64,000 nt of DNA from Pseudomonadota bacterium. GTDB lineage: Bacteria > Pseudomonadota > Alphaproteobacteria > Rhodospirillales > Magnetospirillaceae. The notes under the pieces are model-generated. The model was given only the letters and a program-made list of their open reading frames with translations. It did no database searches and was not told the DNA's origin. The stretch is taken from the NCBI GenBank assembly GCA_023426365.1, contig JAFAAW010000040.1:2814-66813 (forward strand), written 5' to 3'. Shown piece after piece: positions 42,346 through 52,491 of this stretch (its first letter is position 1; each line of letters begins with the position of its first letter). A program made the position numbers and the translations under genes.

Positions 42346-44523
42346 GTGGCGCTTTGGCGTATCGAGCAGATCACCAGCCGCTTCCTGGCCATCGCCGTGT
42401 CGGCCTCGGCCGCGCTGGCGGTCATGGTGGCCGGCGCCGTGGCCTGGCGCCAGTTCGACACCGAACGCCACCGGCTGTCCGAGGCCATGGCCGACATCGC
42501 GCGGCTGAACGCCATCGCCTTGCAGGAACCCATGTGGTCGATCAACGATCGCGCCACCCGCGCCATCGTCGGCTCGCTGAACGCCCATCCCGAGGTGGCC
42601 TGCGCCGAGGTGACCGAACCCTATGGCGGCCTGCTGGCGGCAACCCGCGAACACGGCTGCGACACCCCCGCCGACACCGACAAGGTGATGGCGCAGATCG
42701 TCTATGAGGGCCATCTGCTGGGCCATCTGACCCTGTGGGTGGACCGCCGCGCCCTGTCGGCGGCGGCGCGATCGGACGCCCGGCTGACGGTGATGGTGTT
42801 CCTGCTGCTGTCGGCCGCCATGGTGATCAGCGCGGTGTTCGCCCTGCGCGCCACGGTGATGGCCCCGCTGGAGCGCCTGAACCGCGCCATCGCCATGGCC
42901 GGCAAGGTGCCCAGCAACCCGCGCCCGCACGACGAGCTGGGCCGGGTGATCACCGCCTATAACAGCCTGCTGGACCGCATCGAGGCCCACAACGCCGAAC
43001 TGGAGGACGCCCGCGCCCAGGCGGTGGCGGCGGCACAGGCCAAGTCGCGCTTCCTGGCCACCATGAGCCACGAGATCCGTACCCCCATGCATGGCGTCCT
43101 GGGCACGGTGGAGCTGCTGCGCGAAACCCGGCTGAGCGACGAACAGCGCCAATATGCCGACGTCATCTGGCAATCCACCGAATCGCTGCTGGGCATCATC
43201 AACGACATCCTGGACCTGTCGAAGATCGAGGCCGGCAAGGTGCGCATCGCCCCCACCCCCACCAGCCCCAGCCACATCGCCCAGGAGGTGGCCGGCGCGC
43301 TGGCCGCCACCGCGCGCGCCAAGGGCCTGGCGCTGGACCTGACATGGAGCGCCGACACCCCCGCCTGGATCCAGGCCGATCCGCTGCGCCTGCGTCAGGT
43401 GGTGATGAACCTGGTGGGCAATGCGGTGAAATTCACCGAAAGCGGCCGCGTGACGCTGGCGCTCGGCCGCCGCGACGGCTGGCTGGAAATCGCCGTCTCC
43501 GACACCGGCATCGGCATCGCGCCCGACGACCTGACCCTGCTGTTCCAGCCGTTCCGGCAGGTGGACGCCTCGACCACCCGGCGCCACGGCGGCACCGGTC
43601 TGGGGCTGTCCATCTCGCGCCAGTTGGTGGAATTGATGGGCGGACGCATCGAGGCGCAAAGCCGTGCCGGCGAAGGCTCCACCTTCCGCGTGTTGCTGCC
43701 GTTGATCGAGGCCCCGCCGCCCGCCCCGGCCGATCAGGGCGCGCCGCCGCTGGCCGTCGCCGGCGGCGGATTGGTGCTGGCGGCCGAGGACAACCCGGTG
43801 AACCAATGGCTGCTGCGCTCGCAATTGCAGCGCCTGGGCTATGACGCCGACATCCATCCCGACGGCGGCACGGCGCTGGCCGCCTTCCTGCGCGGCGGCG
43901 ATTACGTGGCGGTCATCACCGATTATCACATGCCGGTCATGGATGGCCTGGACCTGGCGCGCGCCATCCGCGCGGCCGAAGCCCCCGGCACCCGCATCCC
44001 CATCATCGGCATGACCGCCGACGCCTTTGCCGAAACGGTGGAGGAATGCCTGCGCGCCGGCATGGACGACGTGGTGACCAAGCCGGTGGCGCTGCCCGAT
44101 CTGTGCGCCATGCTGGCGCGGCGCATCCACGGCTGCCCCGCCCCCCAACCCGCGCCCTGCGCCCCCGGCCCGGCCGGCATGGCGACCGAGGCGGCGCCGC
44201 TGCTGGATCACGAGGTGACCGCCGCCGTGTTCGGCGACGACCCCGACGCGCGGGCACATATGGCCGAACTGTTCGCCGCCACCGCCGACGACCTGCGCAC
44301 CCGCATCGACACCCATCTGGCCGAGGGCGACGCCGCCCAATTGTGCGAGGCGGCCCATTCCCTGGCTTCGGCCGCGCTGTCCTTGGGCGCCACCCGGCTG
44401 GGGCTGGCGGCGCGCGCGCTGGAACATGCGGCCAAAGCCGACGACTGGGTGAAGATCCGCGCCCTTGCCGCACGGGTGGCCGTGCTGGACGCCGAGACGC
44501 GGGCGGCGCTGCACGGGGCGTAG
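42346..44523 (+). CDS. Hybrid sensor histidine kinase (2 TM, HAMP-like, HisKA, HATPase, receiver, Hpt)
   Basis: [50 protein letters not shown]...[21 protein letters not shown] start inferred. Confidence 0.93.
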   Translation: MALWRIEQITSRFLAIAVSASAALAVMVAGAVAWRQFDTERHRLSEAMADIARLNAIALQEPMWSINDRATRAIVGSLNAHPEVACAEVTEPYGGLLAATREHGCDTPADTDKVMAQIVYEGHLLGHLTLWVDRRALSAAARSDARLTVMVFLLLSAAMVISAVFALRATVMAPLERLNRAIAMAGKVPSNPRPHDELGRVITAYNSLLDRIEAHNAELEDARAQAVAAAQAKSRFLATMSHEIRTPMHGVLGTVELLRETRLSDEQRQYADVIWQSTESLLGIINDILDLSKIEAGKVRIAPTPTSPSHIAQEVAGALAATARAKGLALDLTWSADTPAWIQADPLRLRQVVMNLVGNAVKFTESGRVTLALGRRDGWLEIAVSDTGIGIAPDDLTLLFQPFRQVDASTTRRHGGTGLGLSISRQLVELMGGRIEAQSRAGEGSTFRVLLPLIEAPPPAPADQGAPPLAVAGGGLVLAAEDNPVNQWLLRSQLQRLGYDADIHPDGGTALAAFLRGGDYVAVITDYHMPVMDGLDLARAIRAAEAPGTRIPIIGMTADAFAETVEECLRAGMDDVVTKPVALPDLCAMLARRIHGCPAPQPAPCAPGPAGMATEAAPLLDHEVTAAVFGDDPDARAHMAELFAATADDLRTRIDTHLAEGDAAQLCEAAHSLASAALSLGATRLGLAARALEHAAKADDWVKIRALAARVAVLDAETRAALHGA

Positions 44524-44609
44524 AGACGGGGCATAGAACCCTTTCCCCCACGCGCCCCGGTGCTTTAGGATCGCGCGCCTATGCAACCCGACAGCCAGCG
44601 AGTAATGGA

Positions 44610-44948
44610 ATGCAGTGTCCCCAGTGCCACTCCGAACACGCCTATCACGACGGCAACCTGTGGATTTGCCCGGAGTGCGCCCATGAATGGAACCCCGATA
44701 CCGCCGGCACCGCCGACACCGCGGATCAGGGCGTGCACGACGCCAACGGCAACCTGCTGGCGGACGGCGACAGCGTCACCGTGATCAAGGATCTCAAGGT
44801 CAAGGGGTCGTCCTTGGTGGTCAAGGGCGGCACCAAGGTGAAGAACATTCGTCTGGTGCCCGACTCCGCCGACGGCCACGACATTTCGTGCAAGATCGAC
44901 GGCATCGGCGCCATGGGCTTGAAGTCGGAATACGTGAAAAAGGCGTAA
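44610..44948 (+). CDS. PhnA/YjdM zinc-ribbon protein
   Basis: CPQCHSE..Y.DG...[40 protein letters not shown]. Confidence 0.93.
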   Translation: MQCPQCHSEHAYHDGNLWICPECAHEWNPDTAGTADTADQGVHDANGNLLADGDSVTVIKDLKVKGSSLVVKGGTKVKNIRLVPDSADGHDISCKIDGIGAMGLKSEYVKKA

Positions 44949-44991
44949 GGCCGCCCGCCCCCCTTGGGCCTAACCCGAGGGGGGACCGGTC

Positions 44992-45122
44992 CTGGAGCAT
45001 TATGCGCGCCGACGCCGTCAGGGCGGGCGATGCGACCAGCCCACGCGGCGCCTGAGCGGCCCCCGCAGGGGGCGCCAGAGGCGGGCCTGGAGATGGTTCC
45101 GGGTGAACGGAACCATCTCCAG
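44992..45122. repeat. Short MITE-like palindromic repeat (copy B)
   Basis: Termini CTGGAG...CTCCAG; perfect 15-bp inverted repeat CTGGAGATGGTTCCG/CGGAACCATCTCCAG at 45087-45122; similar to 16556-16665. Confidence 0.75.
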
Positions 45123-45138
45123 CCGGACCGGACGCGGG

Positions 45139-46398
45139 CTACAGCTTCAGCCGCGCGGCCATGCTGTCATAGGATTCCACCTTGGCCAGCGGGCCGATGG
45201 CGGCGATGGTGGGCCGGCTGGAGAACAGGCGCCTGGCCACCCGCACGATCTCGGCATTGTCGATGGCCTCGACCTTCTGCACCACCTCGGCGGTGGCGAT
45301 GGGGCGGCCGTAGACCAGGATCTGGCGGGCAAGCTGTTCGCAGCGCGAGCTGGTGCTTTCCAGGCTCATCAGGATCGATGCCTTGAGCTGGGCGCGGGCG
45401 CGGTGCAGTTCGTCGTCCGAGACGCCGCCCACCACCTTGACCACCTCGTCACACATGACGGGCACCAGTTCCGTCACCTCGTCCTCGCCGGTGCCGGCAT
45501 AGATGCCGAACAGGCCGCCATCGGCATAGGACGACGTGAAGGAATAGATGGAATAGACCAGGCCGCGCTTTTCGCGCACCTCCTGGAACAGGCGGCTCGA
45601 CATGCCGCCGCCCAGCAGGGTGGACAGCACCGATGCGGCGTAATAATCGGGGTCGTCATAGGACACGCCGTCGAAGCCGAGCACCAGATTGACCTGCTCG
45701 ATGTCGCGTTCCTCGCGGAAATCGCCGCCCACATAGGCCGCCGCCTCGGGCTTGACGTCGGGCGCGGTGGAGAGACTGGCGAAGGCCCGCTCAGCCTCGG
45801 CCACCAGGGCGTCGTGGTCGATGCGCCCGGCGGCGGCCAGCACCATGCGCGGCGCCGAATAATGCTCGCCCATATAGGACAGGATGGTGTCGCGGCCCAT
45901 GGCGCGCACCAGGTCCTCGGTGCCCAGCACCGGGCGGCCCAGGGGCTGGCCCGGATAGGCGGTGGCCTGGAAGTGGTCGAAGATGATGTCGTCGGGGGTG
46001 TCGTTGGCCTGCCCGATCTCCTGGACCACCACGTCCTGTTCGCGCGCCAGCTCCTCGGCGTCCAGGGTCGAGTGCTGGAGGATGTCGGCGACGATGTCGA
46101 GCGCCAGCGAGGTGTCTTCCTTCAGCACCTTGGCGTAATAGGCGGTGTGATCGCGCGCGGTATAGGCGTTCAGATGCCCGCCGACCGCATCCATCTCCTC
46201 GGCGATGTCGCGGGCGCTGCGGCGCGCAGTGCCCTTGAACGCCATGTGTTCCAAGAGGTGCGAGATGCCGTTGACCTCGGCCGGTTCGTGCCGGGTTCCG
46301 GCATCCACCCACACGCCCAGCGACGCGCTTTCCACCGTGGCCATGGGATCGCTGACCACGCGCAGGCCCGAGGCGAGCCGGGTTTCACGGATACCCAT
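45139..46398 (-). CDS. M16 (pitrilysin/MPP-like) zinc peptidase
   Basis: Inverted zinc motif HLLEHMAFKGT, GGHLNAYT, LGGGMSSRLFQEVREKRGLVY; start MGIRETRL overlaps the thrC stop. Confidence 0.94.
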   Translation of the reverse strand: MGIRETRLASGLRVVSDPMATVESASLGVWVDAGTRHEPAEVNGISHLLEHMAFKGTARRSARDIAEEMDAVGGHLNAYTARDHTAYYAKVLKEDTSLALDIVADILQHSTLDAEELAREQDVVVQEIGQANDTPDDIIFDHFQATAYPGQPLGRPVLGTEDLVRAMGRDTILSYMGEHYSAPRMVLAAAGRIDHDALVAEAERAFASLSTAPDVKPEAAAYVGGDFREERDIEQVNLVLGFDGVSYDDPDYYAASVLSTLLGGGMSSRLFQEVREKRGLVYSIYSFTSSYADGGLFGIYAGTGEDEVTELVPVMCDEVVKVVGGVSDDELHRARAQLKASILMSLESTSSRCEQLARQILVYGRPIATAEVVQKVEAIDNAEIVRVARRLFSSRPTIAAIGPLAKVESYDSMAARLKL

Positions 46399-47798
46399 CA
46401 GCGGCGGCCCTTGGCGAAGGCGCTGACATAGTCGCGGATGGCGGCAAGGTCGTTGGCGATGGTGTCGTAGCGTTCGGTGCGCTCGAACAGGTCGGCCAGA
46501 TGGGGCGGCAGGTTCGGGCGGACGCCGGTGGCCTTTTCCACCGCATCGGGGAACTTGGCCGGATGCGCGGTGGCCAGCGCCACCATGGGGCTGTCGGCCT
46601 TCAGCTTGGCCTTGAGGCCGGCGCCGGCACCGATGGCGGAATGGGGGTCCAGCGTCTCGCCGGTCTGGTTCCTGATGCTGCGCATCAGGCCCAAGGTGGC
46701 GTCGTCGTCGAAGCGGTGGCCCTCGAACAATTCGCACATGGCGGCAAAGGCGCCCTGGGGCATGGCCATCACGCCGGTCTTGCGGAACTCGTCCATCAGA
46801 CGCTCCACCGCCGCGCCCTCGCGGCCCACATAGTCGAACACCAGGCGTTCGAAGTTGGACGACACCTGGATGTCCATGCTGGGCGACAGGGTCGGCACCA
46901 CGCCGTCGGCTTCCATGCGGCCGGTCTCGAAGAAGCGGGTCAGGATGTCGTTGGTGTTCGACCCCACCACCAGCCGGTCGATGGGCAGGCCCATCTTGCG
47001 CGCCACGTAGCCGGCGAACACGTTGCCGAAATTGCCGGTCGGCACGCTGAAACTGACCGACACGTCGGGCGCGCCGATCGCCACCGCGGCGGCGAAGTAA
47101 TAGGCGACCTGGGCCATGACCCGCGCCCAGTTGATGGAGTTGACCGCCGACAGATTGAATTCGTCGCGGAAGGCATGATCGTTGAACAGCGCCTTCACCG
47201 CGTCCTGGCAATCGTCGAAGGTGCCTTCCACCGCCAGGTTGCGCACGTTGGCCGACAGGATGGTGGTCATCTGGCGGCGCTGCACCTCGGAGGTGCGGCC
47301 CTTGGGATGCAGGATGACGATGTCCACCGCATCGCGGTCGCGGCAGGCCTCGATGGCGGCCGAACCGGTATCGCCCGAGGTGGCGCCGACGATCAGGACC
47401 CGCTGGCCCTTCTTCTTCAGCACGTGGTCGAACAGGCGGCCGACCAGTTGCAGCGCGTAATCCTTGAACGCCAGCGTCGGGCCGTGGAACAGCTCGCAGA
47501 CCCACTGGTTGTGGCCGATCTGCTTGAGCGGCGCCACCGCCGGATGGGTGAAGCCGGCATAGGCGTCGGCCACCATGGCGGCCAGTTCGTCCTCGGTCAG
47601 GCAGCCGGCGACAAACGGCGCCATCACCTTGGCGGCCAGCCTGTCATAGGGCAGGCCGCGCAGCGCGCTGATCTGCTCGGGCGTGAAGGTGGGCCAGCTT
47701 TCCGGGACGTACAGGCCGCCATCGCGGGCCAGACCGGCCAACAGAACATCGTCGAAATCCAGAACGGGGGCATTGCCCCGGGTGCTGACATACTTCAC
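46398..47798 (-). CDS. thrC: Threonine synthase
   Basis: KYVSTRG, GLARDGGLYVP, ELFHGPTLAFKD, ATSGDTG, NSINWAR, VPTGNFGN, TAHPAKF. Confidence 0.97.
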   Translation of the reverse strand: MKYVSTRGNAPVLDFDDVLLAGLARDGGLYVPESWPTFTPEQISALRGLPYDRLAAKVMAPFVAGCLTEDELAAMVADAYAGFTHPAVAPLKQIGHNQWVCELFHGPTLAFKDYALQLVGRLFDHVLKKKGQRVLIVGATSGDTGSAAIEACRDRDAVDIVILHPKGRTSEVQRRQMTTILSANVRNLAVEGTFDDCQDAVKALFNDHAFRDEFNLSAVNSINWARVMAQVAYYFAAAVAIGAPDVSVSFSVPTGNFGNVFAGYVARKMGLPIDRLVVGSNTNDILTRFFETGRMEADGVVPTLSPSMDIQVSSNFERLVFDYVGREGAAVERLMDEFRKTGVMAMPQGAFAAMCELFEGHRFDDDATLGLMRSIRNQTGETLDPHSAIGAGAGLKAKLKADSPMVALATAHPAKFPDAVEKATGVRPNLPPHLADLFERTERYDTIANDLAAIRDYVSAFAKGRR

Positions 47799-47866
47799 GT
47801 AAAACCCCGACTTGGAAGGCGCCGAACGGCGGGTACACTAACGATACCGATCGTCTCGGGCAAGGA

Positions 47867-49363
47867 TCAGCCCAAGTACCGGTCTTTCAGGTGGGCCTTG
47901 AACACGCCCGCGTCCAGCGCCCGCCCGGTGGCGCGCACCAGCAGCTCGCCTGTGGACAGCGAACTGCCCAGCCCGTGGACGTTGGCGCGCAGCCATGTGC
48001 GCAAGGGGCCGAAATCGCCCGCGCCGATGGCCGGCAGGATGCTGTGATCGGCCCGGCGGGCGGCGTCGAACAACTGGGCGGCGGTCATGGCGCCCAGCGT
48101 GTAGGTGGGGAAATAGCCCCACGCCCCGCCATACCAGTGGATGTCCTGAAGACAGCCCAGGCGGTCGTCGGGCGGCGTGATCCCCAGCAGGCGGGCATAG
48201 CCTTCGTTCCAGGCGGCGGGCAGGTCGTCGACCTCCATGCCCCCTTCCACCAGCGCCTTTTCCAGGCGATAGCGGATGATGACGTGGGCGGGATAGGTGA
48301 CCTCGTCGGCATCGACGCGGATGAAGCCGCGCTCGACCCGGATGCCCAGGCGGTACAGGTTCTCGGCGTCCCAGTCGGGGCCGCTGCCGCCGAACGCCTG
48401 GGCCAGACGCGGCGCCGCCCACCCAGTGAACTCGCGCGAGCGGCAGGCCTGCATCTCCATCAGCAGGCTTTGGCTTTCATGCATCTGCATGCCGCGGGCG
48501 CGGCCCACCGGCTGATGGCGCCAGCGCCCGCCGGGCAGGCCGAATTCGTACAAGGCGTGGCCGGTTTCATGGATCACCCCCATCAGCGCCGAGGTGAAAT
48601 CGGCCTCGTCATAGCGGGTGGTGATGCGGGTGTCGTCGGGATAGCCGCCGCAGAAGGGGTGGAAACTGGTGTCGATGCGGCCATGGGCGAAGTCGAAGCC
48701 CAGCGCGGTCATGAACTGGATGCCGAGCGATCGCTGCACGTCGGTGGGAAACGGGCCGGCCGGCAGGCGGGGCGCGGGCCGCGCGGCTTGGGCATCCAGC
48801 GCGCGGCCGATGAAATCGGGCAGGAAGCCTTCGAGATCGGCGAACACCGCGTCGATGTCGGCCGAACGGCCGTCGGGTTCGTACTGGTCCAGCAGCGCGT
48901 CGTAGAGCGAGACGCCCAGCGCCTCGGCCTTGGCCTGGGCGGCCTGGCGCACCAGCCCCAGCAGGGTCTTGAGGCTGGGGGCGACCAGGGCGAAATCCGC
49001 CGCCGGACGCGCCTGGCGCCACAGCATCTCGCACGCCGATTCCGCCTTGGCGATGGCTTCGACCAGATCGGCGGGCACCGCCGCCGCATGCACCCACTCG
49101 CGCCGCATCTCGCGCAGGTTGGCCCGCTCCCACGGGTCGGACACTTCGGCCTCGGCGCGGTCCAGCAATTCGGGGATGTCGGGGGCGGTGACGGTTTCGT
49201 GGGCCAGCGATTTCAGCAGCGCCAACTGGTCGGCGCGCGCCTCGGCGCCGCCTTCGGGCATCATGGTGGACATGTCCCAATGCAACACCGACAAGGTGTC
49301 GCCCAAAATGCCGGCCTTGCGGAAAATCGCTTCCAACCGCCCGTAGGCACCCTGTTCAACCAT
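47867..49363 (-). CDS. Carboxypeptidase M32 (carboxypeptidase Taq family)
   Basis: HPF, RITTRY, HETGH zinc motif, HESQS, IRVDADEVTY, GCLQDIHW, GYFPTYTLG. Confidence 0.95.
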   Translation of the reverse strand: MVEQGAYGRLEAIFRKAGILGDTLSVLHWDMSTMMPEGGAEARADQLALLKSLAHETVTAPDIPELLDRAEAEVSDPWERANLREMRREWVHAAAVPADLVEAIAKAESACEMLWRQARPAADFALVAPSLKTLLGLVRQAAQAKAEALGVSLYDALLDQYEPDGRSADIDAVFADLEGFLPDFIGRALDAQAARPAPRLPAGPFPTDVQRSLGIQFMTALGFDFAHGRIDTSFHPFCGGYPDDTRITTRYDEADFTSALMGVIHETGHALYEFGLPGGRWRHQPVGRARGMQMHESQSLLMEMQACRSREFTGWAAPRLAQAFGGSGPDWDAENLYRLGIRVERGFIRVDADEVTYPAHVIIRYRLEKALVEGGMEVDDLPAAWNEGYARLLGITPPDDRLGCLQDIHWYGGAWGYFPTYTLGAMTAAQLFDAARRADHSILPAIGAGDFGPLRTWLRANVHGLGSSLSTGELLVRATGRALDAGVFKAHLKDRYLG

Positions 49364-49490
49364 GCCGTCGAAACCCCATATGGCGTCGCATCGTGATAAC
49401 CGGCCTCACGATAGACCAGCCGCCCGGGTGGTGGGCAACGCTTTTCCGGGCTATGCTGGCGCGCATTCCAACCAAAGGAAGACCAACGCC

Positions 49491-50144
49491 ATGACCAAAC
49501 CCCGTTTCGCCGTGGTGCTGTCCGGCTGCGGCGTCTATGACGGCGCCGAGATCCACGAGGCCGTGCTGACCCTGCTGGCCATCGACCGTGCCGGCGGCAC
49601 CTATCAGTGCTTTGCTCCCGACGTGGCCCAGATGCACGTGGTCAACCACCTGACCGGCCAGGAATCGGGCGAAAGCCGCAACGTGCTGGTGGAGGCCGCC
49701 CGCATCGCCCGCGGCGCCATCAAGCCGCTGGCGGATTTCGACGCCGGCACCTTCGACGCCATCGTGTTTCCCGGCGGCTTCGGGGCCGCCAAGAACCTGT
49801 GTACCTTCGCCGTCGCCGGTCCCGACTGCACCGTCAACGCGGACGTGGAGCGCGCCATCAAGGCCATGCGCGCGGCGGCCAAGCCCATCGGCGCCCTGTG
49901 CATCGCCCCGGCCATCCTGGCCCGCGTGCTGGGCGAGGTGGAGGTGACCATCGGGTCCGATGCCGGCACCGCCGCCGCGCTGGAGAAGATGGGCGCCCAT
50001 CACGTCAATCGCAGCCATGGCGAGATCGCGGTGGACGAGGCGCGCAAGGTGGTGACCACGCCGTGCTACATGCTCGACGCCTCGATCGGGCAAATCGCCG
50101 ACGGCGCCCAGGCGGTGGTGACCAAGCTGATCGCCATGATGTGA
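49491..50144 (+). CDS. elbB: ElbB/ES1 glyoxalase (DJ-1/PfpI superfamily)
   Basis: VVLSGCGVYDGAEIHE, RNVLVEAARIARG, PGGFGAAKNL, CIAP, TTPCYM. Confidence 0.93.
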   Translation: MTKPRFAVVLSGCGVYDGAEIHEAVLTLLAIDRAGGTYQCFAPDVAQMHVVNHLTGQESGESRNVLVEAARIARGAIKPLADFDAGTFDAIVFPGGFGAAKNLCTFAVAGPDCTVNADVERAIKAMRAAAKPIGALCIAPAILARVLGEVEVTIGSDAGTAAALEKMGAHHVNRSHGEIAVDEARKVVTTPCYMLDASIGQIADGAQAVVTKLIAMM

Positions 50145-50262
50145 ACGGCCGGGCCGGCGCCGCGCCGCCCGGGCGCCGCCGGCCCTCCGCATGCGTGTTT
50201 GCGCATGAGACGCGCCGTGCCCACATGCGAGGACCACCCCTTACGCAAAGGAGGGTCCCCCC

Positions 50263-50472
50263 ATGGGCGACAAGGACACCGCGGGCGGCAAGGACAAGGC
50301 CACAAGCGGAACCGACCCGCGCCAGCCCGGCCGCAAGGTGCCGCTGTACCAAAGCAACCCCGAGGACGAGGACGGCGTGGATCTGGCCGGCGAGGATTCC
50401 TTCCCCGCCAGCGACCCGCCGTCGCACACCCCGATCAGTCATCCGGGCAAACCCTGCCCGGACAAGAACTGA
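50263..50472 (+). CDS. Small acidic protein with SFPASDPP motif
   Basis: 69 aa with VDLAGEDSFPASDPPSHT, a motif I recognise from many small uncharacterised bacterial proteins; strong AAGGAGG RBS. Confidence 0.8.
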   Translation: MGDKDTAGGKDKATSGTDPRQPGRKVPLYQSNPEDEDGVDLAGEDSFPASDPPSHTPISHPGKPCPDKN

Positions 50473-50487
50473 CGATCTTCGCCCCCC

Positions 50488-50922
50488 TCAGGGCGCCGGA
50501 CTGGTCAGCCGGGTGCGCTTTTCCTCGAGCTTGCGGGCGAAACGGTCCCACATGACCACCGCGCGTTCGTGACGGCCCTGGCCGATCACATCCAGTTCGT
50601 CGCGCGCCACCACGTGCCAGCCCAGGCGTCGCCCCTCGGCCAGATCGCAGGTGACGGTCACCGTCACCACCTGTCCCGGCAGGGTGGGCGCGCTGTGGCT
50701 GACGTCGATGGCGACGCCCAGCGAGCCTTCGCCCTCCTCCAGGTGGGGGCGCAGGTGTTCGACGCAGGCCCATTCCATCAGCCCCACCATGAAGCCGGTG
50801 GCGAACACCGCCGGCATGGACGTGAAGATGTCCGATTCCGGATAGAGCGCCGGCACGATCTTGTTGTCGCCGACACGGAAGCTGAAGTGGTGGACGTCGC
50901 CGACCTGGGGGCTGCTTTTCAT
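50488..50922 (-). CDS. Hotdog-fold thioesterase (FlK fluoroacetyl-CoA thioesterase-like)
   Basis: VFATGFMVGLMEWAC, SLG..I.VSH.APT.PG, GRHERAV (Thr/Glu/His triad). Confidence 0.88.
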   Translation of the reverse strand: MKSSPQVGDVHHFSFRVGDNKIVPALYPESDIFTSMPAVFATGFMVGLMEWACVEHLRPHLEEGEGSLGVAIDVSHSAPTLPGQVVTVTVTCDLAEGRRLGWHVVARDELDVIGQGRHERAVVMWDRFARKLEEKRTRLTSPAP

Positions 50923-51010
50923 GGCACCGCCGTCTTTTCGTAAGGAATGGGCCCGGCTATCCTAGCAGCGCCACCCGTCCCCGAAAGCCCGGAAAGTCCC
51001 AGGCCCCGCC

Positions 51011-51568
51011 ATGAACCACCTGCAGGAAACCCTGGACGCCCTGGATGACGGCGTCATCCGCTTCGACGCCGACCTGCGGCTGGTGGCGTGGAACCGGGCG
51101 CTGGTCGACATCATGGGCTTTCCGCCCGAGTTGATGCGGCCGGGCACGCCCTTTCTGGCGTTCGTCGAGTTCAACATCGCGCGCGGCGAGCACGGCAGCG
51201 GCGAACGCCGCCTGATCGTCAGCCAGCGGCTGGCCAGCCTGACCGATTCCTATTCGCGCCGCCGGCCCGACGGCACCATGATCCGGGTGCGCAGCAAGGA
51301 AATGCCCGATGGCGGCATCCTCAAGGTGTTCAGCCGGGTCGAGGGCAGCGCCCCCCAGGACGCCCCCGCCCCCGAACTGTCGGCGCGCGAGCGCGAGGTG
51401 CTGCTGTGGGCGGCCCAGGGCAAGACGGCGTGGGAAACCTCGGCCATCCTGGGCATCTCGCCCAAGACGGTCGAGTTCCACCTGGGCAATTGCGGCAAGA
51501 AGCTGGGCACCGCCACCAAGGCGCAGACCATCCTGGCGGCGGCGCGCAAGGGGCTGCTGCCGCTGTGA
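51011..51568 (+). CDS. PAS-domain plus LuxR-type HTH transcriptional regulator
   Basis: N-terminal LDALDDGV..FDADLRLVAWN PAS pattern; C-terminal LSAREREVLLWAAQGKTAWETSAILGISPKTVEFHL. Confidence 0.9.
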   Translation: MNHLQETLDALDDGVIRFDADLRLVAWNRALVDIMGFPPELMRPGTPFLAFVEFNIARGEHGSGERRLIVSQRLASLTDSYSRRRPDGTMIRVRSKEMPDGGILKVFSRVEGSAPQDAPAPELSAREREVLLWAAQGKTAWETSAILGISPKTVEFHLGNCGKKLGTATKAQTILAAARKGLLPL

Positions 51569-51592
51569 GCGCCGCCCCCGCCCCGGCCGCGG

Positions 51593-52063
51593 TCAGTTCA
51601 CCACGTTGATGATGCCCTTCATGCCCAGCAGCGCATGGCCGGTCACCGTGCATTCGAAGGTATAGGCGCCGTAGCGGGCGGGCACGAACCACAATTCCTT
51701 GGTTTCGCCGGCGGGCACCACGACCTTTTCCACCCACGGCGTGGTGGCGGTGATGTCCTGGCCCACCAACTGGCGCACGGCGATGGTGGGGAAGAACTGT
51801 TCCGACACGAAGGTGTGGTCGCTTTTCGACGGGTTGCGCAGGATCAGCCGGGTCGGCCGATCGCGCCGGAACGTCAGTTCGTTGGGCACGAAGGCATGGT
51901 TGACCAGTTGCACCTCGACGGTGTCGGGCGCGCTCCAATCCGCCTGGGACGACAATTCGGCGGCGTTGGGCAGATAGCCCGCGGGCTGGTAGCGGCTGAT
52001 CTGGTCCTCGCCGGCACAGGCGGCCAGCACGGTCAGCAGCAGCGCGGCGAACAGGCGTTTCAT
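51593..52063 (-). CDS. Cupredoxin-domain lipoprotein
   Basis: Lipobox VLAAC, F.P..L.F, SDHTF and type-1 copper ligands ECTVTGHALLGMKG; GGAGG RBS. Confidence 0.88.
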   Translation of the reverse strand: MKRLFAALLLTVLAACAGEDQISRYQPAGYLPNAAELSSQADWSAPDTVEVQLVNHAFVPNELTFRRDRPTRLILRNPSKSDHTFVSEQFFPTIAVRQLVGQDITATTPWVEKVVVPAGETKELWFVPARYGAYTFECTVTGHALLGMKGIINVVN

Positions 52064-52491
52064 GGCATATCCTCCGTTGGCGCCCAGCCGGGCGGCGCCA
52101 TCTCGAACCCCTCGAACTGGAAGGCCGGCGCGACGATGCAGCCCACCAGGCTCCACTCGCCCAGGGGCGCGGCCGACTGCCAGGCATGGGCCGGCACCAC
52201 CGCCTGCGGGCATTGCCCGGCCAGCACGTCGCCGCCCAGCACCAGGGTGCGGGTCACGCCGCCGTGGTGGATGGACAGGGCCAGCGGCTCGCCGGCATGC
52301 CAGTTCCACACTTCGGCCGCGTCCACCCGGTGCCAGTGCGAGCGTTCGCCGCGCGCCAGCAGATAATAGATGGCGGTGCAGGCACCGCGCCCGCCATCCC
52401 CGTCCCCCTGGCGATAGGTTTCGGCGTAATGGCCACCTTCCGGATGGGGCCGCAGCCCCAGCCGGTCGATGATCTCGGCCGCCTTGCTCAT
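52060..52491 (-). CDS. Cupin_5 (DUF985) family protein
   Basis: LGLRPHPEGGHYAETYR, TAIYYLL, SHWHRVDAAEVW, PQAVVP..WQSA, LVGCIVAPAF.FEGFE. Confidence 0.92.
   Translation of the reverse strand: MSKAAEIIDRLGLRPHPEGGHYAETYRQGDGDGGRGACTAIYYLLARGERSHWHRVDAAEVWNWHAGEPLALSIHHGGVTRTLVLGGDVLAGQCPQAVVPAHAWQSAAPLGEWSLVGCIVAPAFQFEGFEMAPPGWAPTEDMP

Noticed and set aside
45139..47505. Apparent long N-terminal extensions or fusions (also 6038..7108, 37113..38747, 52060..53646, 61197..62333, 681..2666)
   Set aside because: These arise from taking the farthest upstream start in a stop-poor frame overlapping the neighbouring gene; true starts with RBS or stop/start overlaps lie downstream.
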